NCBI GenBank assembly: GCA_963601915.1
Contig: CAVCGL010000001.1
Location: 60,649-124,648 of the forward strand
Origin: a bacterium
Lineage (GTDB): Bacteria > Bacillota > Clostridia > Oscillospirales > Butyricicoccaceae
Direction of reading: 5' to 3'
DNA: 64,000 nt
A program made the position numbers and the translations under genes. Positions 60,624 through 64,000 of the stretch are shown here, one piece after another. Below the pieces are notes generated by a model. It saw only the letters and a list, made by a program, of their open reading frames with translations. It did no database searches and was not told the origin of the DNA. Each line of letters begins with the position of its first letter. The first letter of the stretch is position 1.

Positions 60624-61530
60624 ATTCTGCGGCACAGACGCCGGTTCCATCAAAATGGGGGATAAAGCTCTCGCTGATGGCTTCCGCATCCTGTGTCCAG
60701 CCATCTAAGCCGAGAAATGCCATTTCCTCACAGGCTTCTGCGTAGGCTTCGTCCGTGATGGGATGCATCAGCTCTGGATAGTCCGTCAGATCGGTGCACG
60801 GCGTAAACTGCCGCATGAGACTGACAAAGACATCGGTTTTCCAGTGTTTCGCAATCGTGCGCAGAATATGCGCTGTGTCCGAACCAAGGCCCGGAAGCAT
60901 CAGGTGGCGAATAATGGTACCGGAACGCATGAGACCATCTGCATCTATGACCGGCTCGGCTGTTTGCCGCACCATCTCGTCGATGGCGTCTACCGCGACA
61001 TCAAAATAGTCTGCGGCATGCGAATAGCGCTCGCTGTAATAAGAGCTGTAGTATTTAAAATCAGGAAGATAAATATCTATCAGTCCGTCTAACATGCGCA
61101 GGGTCTCTACGCGCTCATAGCCGCCGCAATTGTAAATAATCGGAATGGTCAGACCGCGCTTGCGTGCAAGCGGAATGGCTTCTGTGAGCTGTGCAGCATA
61201 ATGCGTGGGTGTGACCAGATCAATATTGTGGGCGCCGCGCTTCTGCAGGGACAAAAACGTATCTGCCAGCCCGGAGCTGTCCGTACAGATACCGGATGCG
61301 TTGGCATCCGTGCCGGAAATATCATGGTTTTGACAGTATACACAGCTGAGCGGACAGTGGCAGAAAAAGACAGTGCCTGCGCCTCTTGTGCCGGACAGAC
61401 ACGGCTCTTCCCATTGGTGTAAATAGGCGAGCCCTACGCGAATCTGGTCATCGGCGCCACAGAATCCGCGTTCGCCTGCGTTTCGGTTTGCACCGCACAT
61501 ACGCGGGCACAGCGTACAGTGTTCGAGCAT
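60622..61530 (-). CDS. Radical SAM protein, PflX-like (pyruvate formate-lyase activase homologue)
   Basis: AAGGGGG RBS and ATG 61530 (the listed upstream start at 61635 is unlikely). CTLCPRMCG N-terminus and radical-SAM CPLSCVYCQN. Confidence 0.8.
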   Translation of the reverse strand: MLEHCTLCPRMCGANRNAGERGFCGADDQIRVGLAYLHQWEEPCLSGTRGAGTVFFCHCPLSCVYCQNHDISGTDANASGICTDSSGLADTFLSLQKRGAHNIDLVTPTHYAAQLTEAIPLARKRGLTIPIIYNCGGYERVETLRMLDGLIDIYLPDFKYYSSYYSERYSHAADYFDVAVDAIDEMVRQTAEPVIDADGLMRSGTIIRHLMLPGLGSDTAHILRTIAKHWKTDVFVSLMRQFTPCTDLTDYPELMHPITDEAYAEACEEMAFLGLDGWTQDAEAISESFIPHFDGTGVCAAE

Positions 61531-61638
61531 GAAATGCCCCCTTTCTTGTCTATCATAGCATAAAAGACTGGGAAAATACAAGAAAATGCGGTATACTGTT
61601 ATACAGAGAAAACACGAACAGATGGGAAGTGTCATACG

Positions 61639-63345
61639 ATGGATTTTTCAAAGTTTCCTGAACTGGCAAAGGCAGCCAGAGGAGAGGTACAGGCAGATCT
61701 GGTATTTCGAGGCGGCAATGTCATCAATGTCTTTACTGGAGAGATTTTGCGCACTTCGGTTGCTGTCACAGATGGCGTGATTGTCGGCATCGGTGATGCA
61801 TATACCGGCAAACAAGAAATTGATCTTACTGGAAAGTATCTGTGTCCGGGATTTATTGATGGACATTTGCATTTGGAATCGACGATGGTGACACCGGCTG
61901 AGCTGGTTGAACAGGCGGTTAAGTGCGGCACGACGACGTATATTGCCGATCCACATGAGGCAGCAAATGTCAGCGGTGCGGCAGGCATTGATTATATTCT
62001 GGATGAGACCGAAGATGTTCCGGCCAACGTCTATGTCATGATGCCGTCTTGTGTGCCAGCGCTGCCCTTTGAGGACAATGGCTGTACCTTTGACGCAGCG
62101 GAAATGAAAAAATATCAAAATAATCCGCGCATTTTGGGACTGGGCGAAGTTATGGACTATGTATCTACCGTCAATGCCGATCCCGTGATGACAGAAAAGC
62201 TCGCGTTGTTTGATGGAAAACCCAAGGACGGACATGCACCGGGCTTGACGGGAAAACAGCTCAACACCTATGTGCTGGCTGGCATTACGAACGATCATGA
62301 GTGCTCTACCGTAGAAGAAGTGCTGGAAAAGCGCCGTCTTGGTATGCATATTCATATCCGAGAGGGCAGTGCTGCCCGCAATCTGGAACCGATTGTCAAT
62401 GGGATTATCATGCACAACATGGACATCGGCGGCTTTTCGTTCTGCACAGATGATAAGCACATTGAAGATATTCATACAGAAGGACATATTGACCATTGTG
62501 TGCGAAAAGCGATTGACTGCGGCATTGCACCGGTTGATGCGATTCGTATGGCGACGATCAATACGGCACGGCATTATGGCTTAGAACATCAGACCGGTGC
62601 GATTGCACCGGGATTACAGGCTGATCTCATCGTATTGGATGATTTGGAGACCGTCAAAATTCACACAGTATATTATAAAGGCAAGGATGTTGAGGGATTT
62701 CATGCGCAGCCGAAGCTGCCGCAGGACAGCCCGCTGCGCCGCACCGTGCACAGCTTGCCGGTCAGACCAGAGCAATTGGAACTGCCGGTCGGAGAAAAAA
62801 CGGATGTCATCCGTGTCATTCCGAATGAACTGATTACGGGACATGAGAAAGTACGTCTGCCGCAGAAAAATGGCTTGTTCATGCCGGATGATTTGTACAG
62901 CAAAATTGCCGTAGTCGAACGGCACCACAACACAGGAAAAGTCGGCGTCGGCGCTGTCATGGATTTTAATATACAAAACGGTGCGATTGCATCCACTGTG
63001 GCGCATGACAGTCACAACCTGTCTGTCATTGGAGACAACGATGAAGACATGCTGCGCGCCATTGAGCATTTGCGTGAGATTGGCGGCGGCTATACGCTAG
63101 TACAAAACGGAAAAATTCTGTATACCGTTCCTCTGCCGATTATGGGACTGATGAGTGATGCGGGATTCCATGCCGTACAGTCGGAGCTTTCTGCAATGAT
63201 TGCGAAAGCGCATGAGATGGGGGTGCCGAAGGGCGTTTCACCACTGACGCTGTTGTCATTCCTGGCACTTCCGGTGATTCCGGCACTGCGTATTACACCG
63301 CGTGGTGTGTTTGACGTAGAAAAAATGCAATTTTTAGCACAATAA
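61639..63345 (+). CDS. ade: Adenine deaminase
   Basis: Amidohydrolase motif PGFIDGHLHLEST, IADPHE and the C-terminal Ade domain (VAHDSHNLSVIGDNDEDM). Confidence 0.93.
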   Translation: MDFSKFPELAKAARGEVQADLVFRGGNVINVFTGEILRTSVAVTDGVIVGIGDAYTGKQEIDLTGKYLCPGFIDGHLHLESTMVTPAELVEQAVKCGTTTYIADPHEAANVSGAAGIDYILDETEDVPANVYVMMPSCVPALPFEDNGCTFDAAEMKKYQNNPRILGLGEVMDYVSTVNADPVMTEKLALFDGKPKDGHAPGLTGKQLNTYVLAGITNDHECSTVEEVLEKRRLGMHIHIREGSAARNLEPIVNGIIMHNMDIGGFSFCTDDKHIEDIHTEGHIDHCVRKAIDCGIAPVDAIRMATINTARHYGLEHQTGAIAPGLQADLIVLDDLETVKIHTVYYKGKDVEGFHAQPKLPQDSPLRRTVHSLPVRPEQLELPVGEKTDVIRVIPNELITGHEKVRLPQKNGLFMPDDLYSKIAVVERHHNTGKVGVGAVMDFNIQNGAIASTVAHDSHNLSVIGDNDEDMLRAIEHLREIGGGYTLVQNGKILYTVPLPIMGLMSDAGFHAVQSELSAMIAKAHEMGVPKGVSPLTLLSFLALPVIPALRITPRGVFDVEKMQFLAQ

Positions 63346-63350
63346 CAAGC

Positions 63351-63379
63351 AAAAACCACCGGTTTTACCGGTGGTTTTG
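63351..63379. terminator. Bidirectional terminator (ade / HAD hydrolase gene)
   Basis: AAAACCACCGG-TTTTA-CCGGTGGTTTT. Confidence 0.88.
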
Positions 63380-63383
63380 TGAT

Positions 63384-64000
63384 TTACAGGGATAATAACA
63401 GATCTTTCAGCTGTGCTGGTGTTTCGACGATATGCGCAGCGTGGTGGGCTTCTGCTTCCTCTCGGCTGCCAAAACCATACAAGACATACGTGCAGTCAAT
63501 GCCATGCTTGCGGGAGCCTTCCACATCGAACAAGCGATCTCCGATCATTTCGACGTCGGATGGATCTGGATTTCCGGCGCGCTGCAATGCCAGTTCGACA
63601 ATTTGCTCTTTAGCATCCATTTTACCATCCAATGTGGCACCGCAAATGGCTTCTAAATACGGCGTCAATCCGAATTTGTCTGCAATGCGGGTAGAAAAGG
63701 CTTCTGGTTTGCTGGTGACCATAAAGCAGCGTTTTCCTGCGTCATTTAAGGCTTTTAGCATCTCTGGGATGCCATCATAGACGCGATTTTCAAACAGACC
63801 GCCGGTTGAATATCTGGCGCGGTAATCGCGGACAGCCTGCTGCGCTTGTTCTTTGTTCATGCCTGCAATATCCATGAAGCTGTCAATGAGCGGGGGCCCG
63901 ATAAAACGGCGCAGATCTTCCTCAGACGGATAAGGCCAATGCTGTAAATCCAACGCATGACGGACACAATTTAAGATTCCCTCGCCGGAATCGGTTAATG
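63384..64000 (-). CDS. HAD-superfamily hydrolase (phosphoglycolate-phosphatase-like), N-terminus beyond the window
   Basis: The frame stays open past the listed TTG at 63953 to the window end. HAD motifs VTSKPE and MIGDRLFDVEG are present, and the DxD motif must lie outside the window. Confidence 0.78.
   Translation of the reverse strand, partial: LTDSGEGILNCVRHALDLQHWPYPSEEDLRRFIGPPLIDSFMDIAGMNKEQAQQAVRDYRARYSTGGLFENRVYDGIPEMLKALNDAGKRCFMVTSKPEAFSTRIADKFGLTPYLEAICGATLDGKMDAKEQIVELALQRAGNPDPSDVEMIGDRLFDVEGSRKHGIDCTYVLYGFGSREEAEAHHAAHIVETPAQLKDLLLSL

Noticed and set aside
61531-61638. Spacer upstream of adenine deaminase, examined for a purine riboswitch
   Set aside because: At 108 bp, shared by two divergent genes, it is too short and lacks the conserved junction sequences of the purine aptamer.

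Overview
This window looks like core chromosome of a Gram-positive anaerobe. The gene content, GGAGG-type RBSs, a T-box, sporulation-linked genes and an [FeFe]-hydrogenase point to Clostridia, possibly Oscillospiraceae/Ruminococcaceae-like, and the DNA is fairly GC-rich by eye. The taxon is an inference, because no homology search or folding program was run. All calls rest on the ORF track, remembered family motifs and hand-checked base pairing.

Gene content from left to right:
- The distal part of a cobalamin operon (cobS, a very short cobU-like gene, cbiB, cobD, cobQ, cobO, cbiC).
- Three packed small ORFs of unknown function.
- Housekeeping genes (coaX, nth, glyA, rarA, mtaB, a DD-carboxypeptidase).
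- A T-box-controlled ilvBN-ilvD unit.
- A padR/padC phenolic-acid module.
- udp, an LTA-synthase-like gene and dapF-pyrG-dapL.
- A 12.6-kb nitrogen-assimilation locus: gltB-gltD-glnA plus an ANTAR regulator, facing glnN and an amt::PII fusion.
- ilvA, an [FeFe]-hydrogenase, and an amidase/deacetylase/ylmC sporulation-type trio.
- rpsB-tsf, a LysR regulator next to an aldolase, a PPK2, a Fur-family regulator, pfkA, pckA, a radical-SAM protein, ade and a HAD hydrolase.

No rRNA, tRNA, CRISPR array, transposase or integrase was seen.

The most interesting signal is in the nitrogen locus. The gltB, glnN and amt leaders each carry a C-AA[A/C]G[G/A]C-G hexaloop hairpin whose 3' half is sequestered in an intrinsic terminator. 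This is the architecture expected for ANTAR antitermination, and the ANTAR protein encoded in the locus has a pseudo-receiver domain lacking the phospho-acceptor Asp.

Other points worth a second look:
- The Amt::PII fusion.
- A terminator-containing leader in front of ilvD.
- A drastically shortened CobU.
- A 136-aa P-loop protein whose codon usage resembles that of highly expressed genes.
- A Rex-like box at the hydrogenase promoter.
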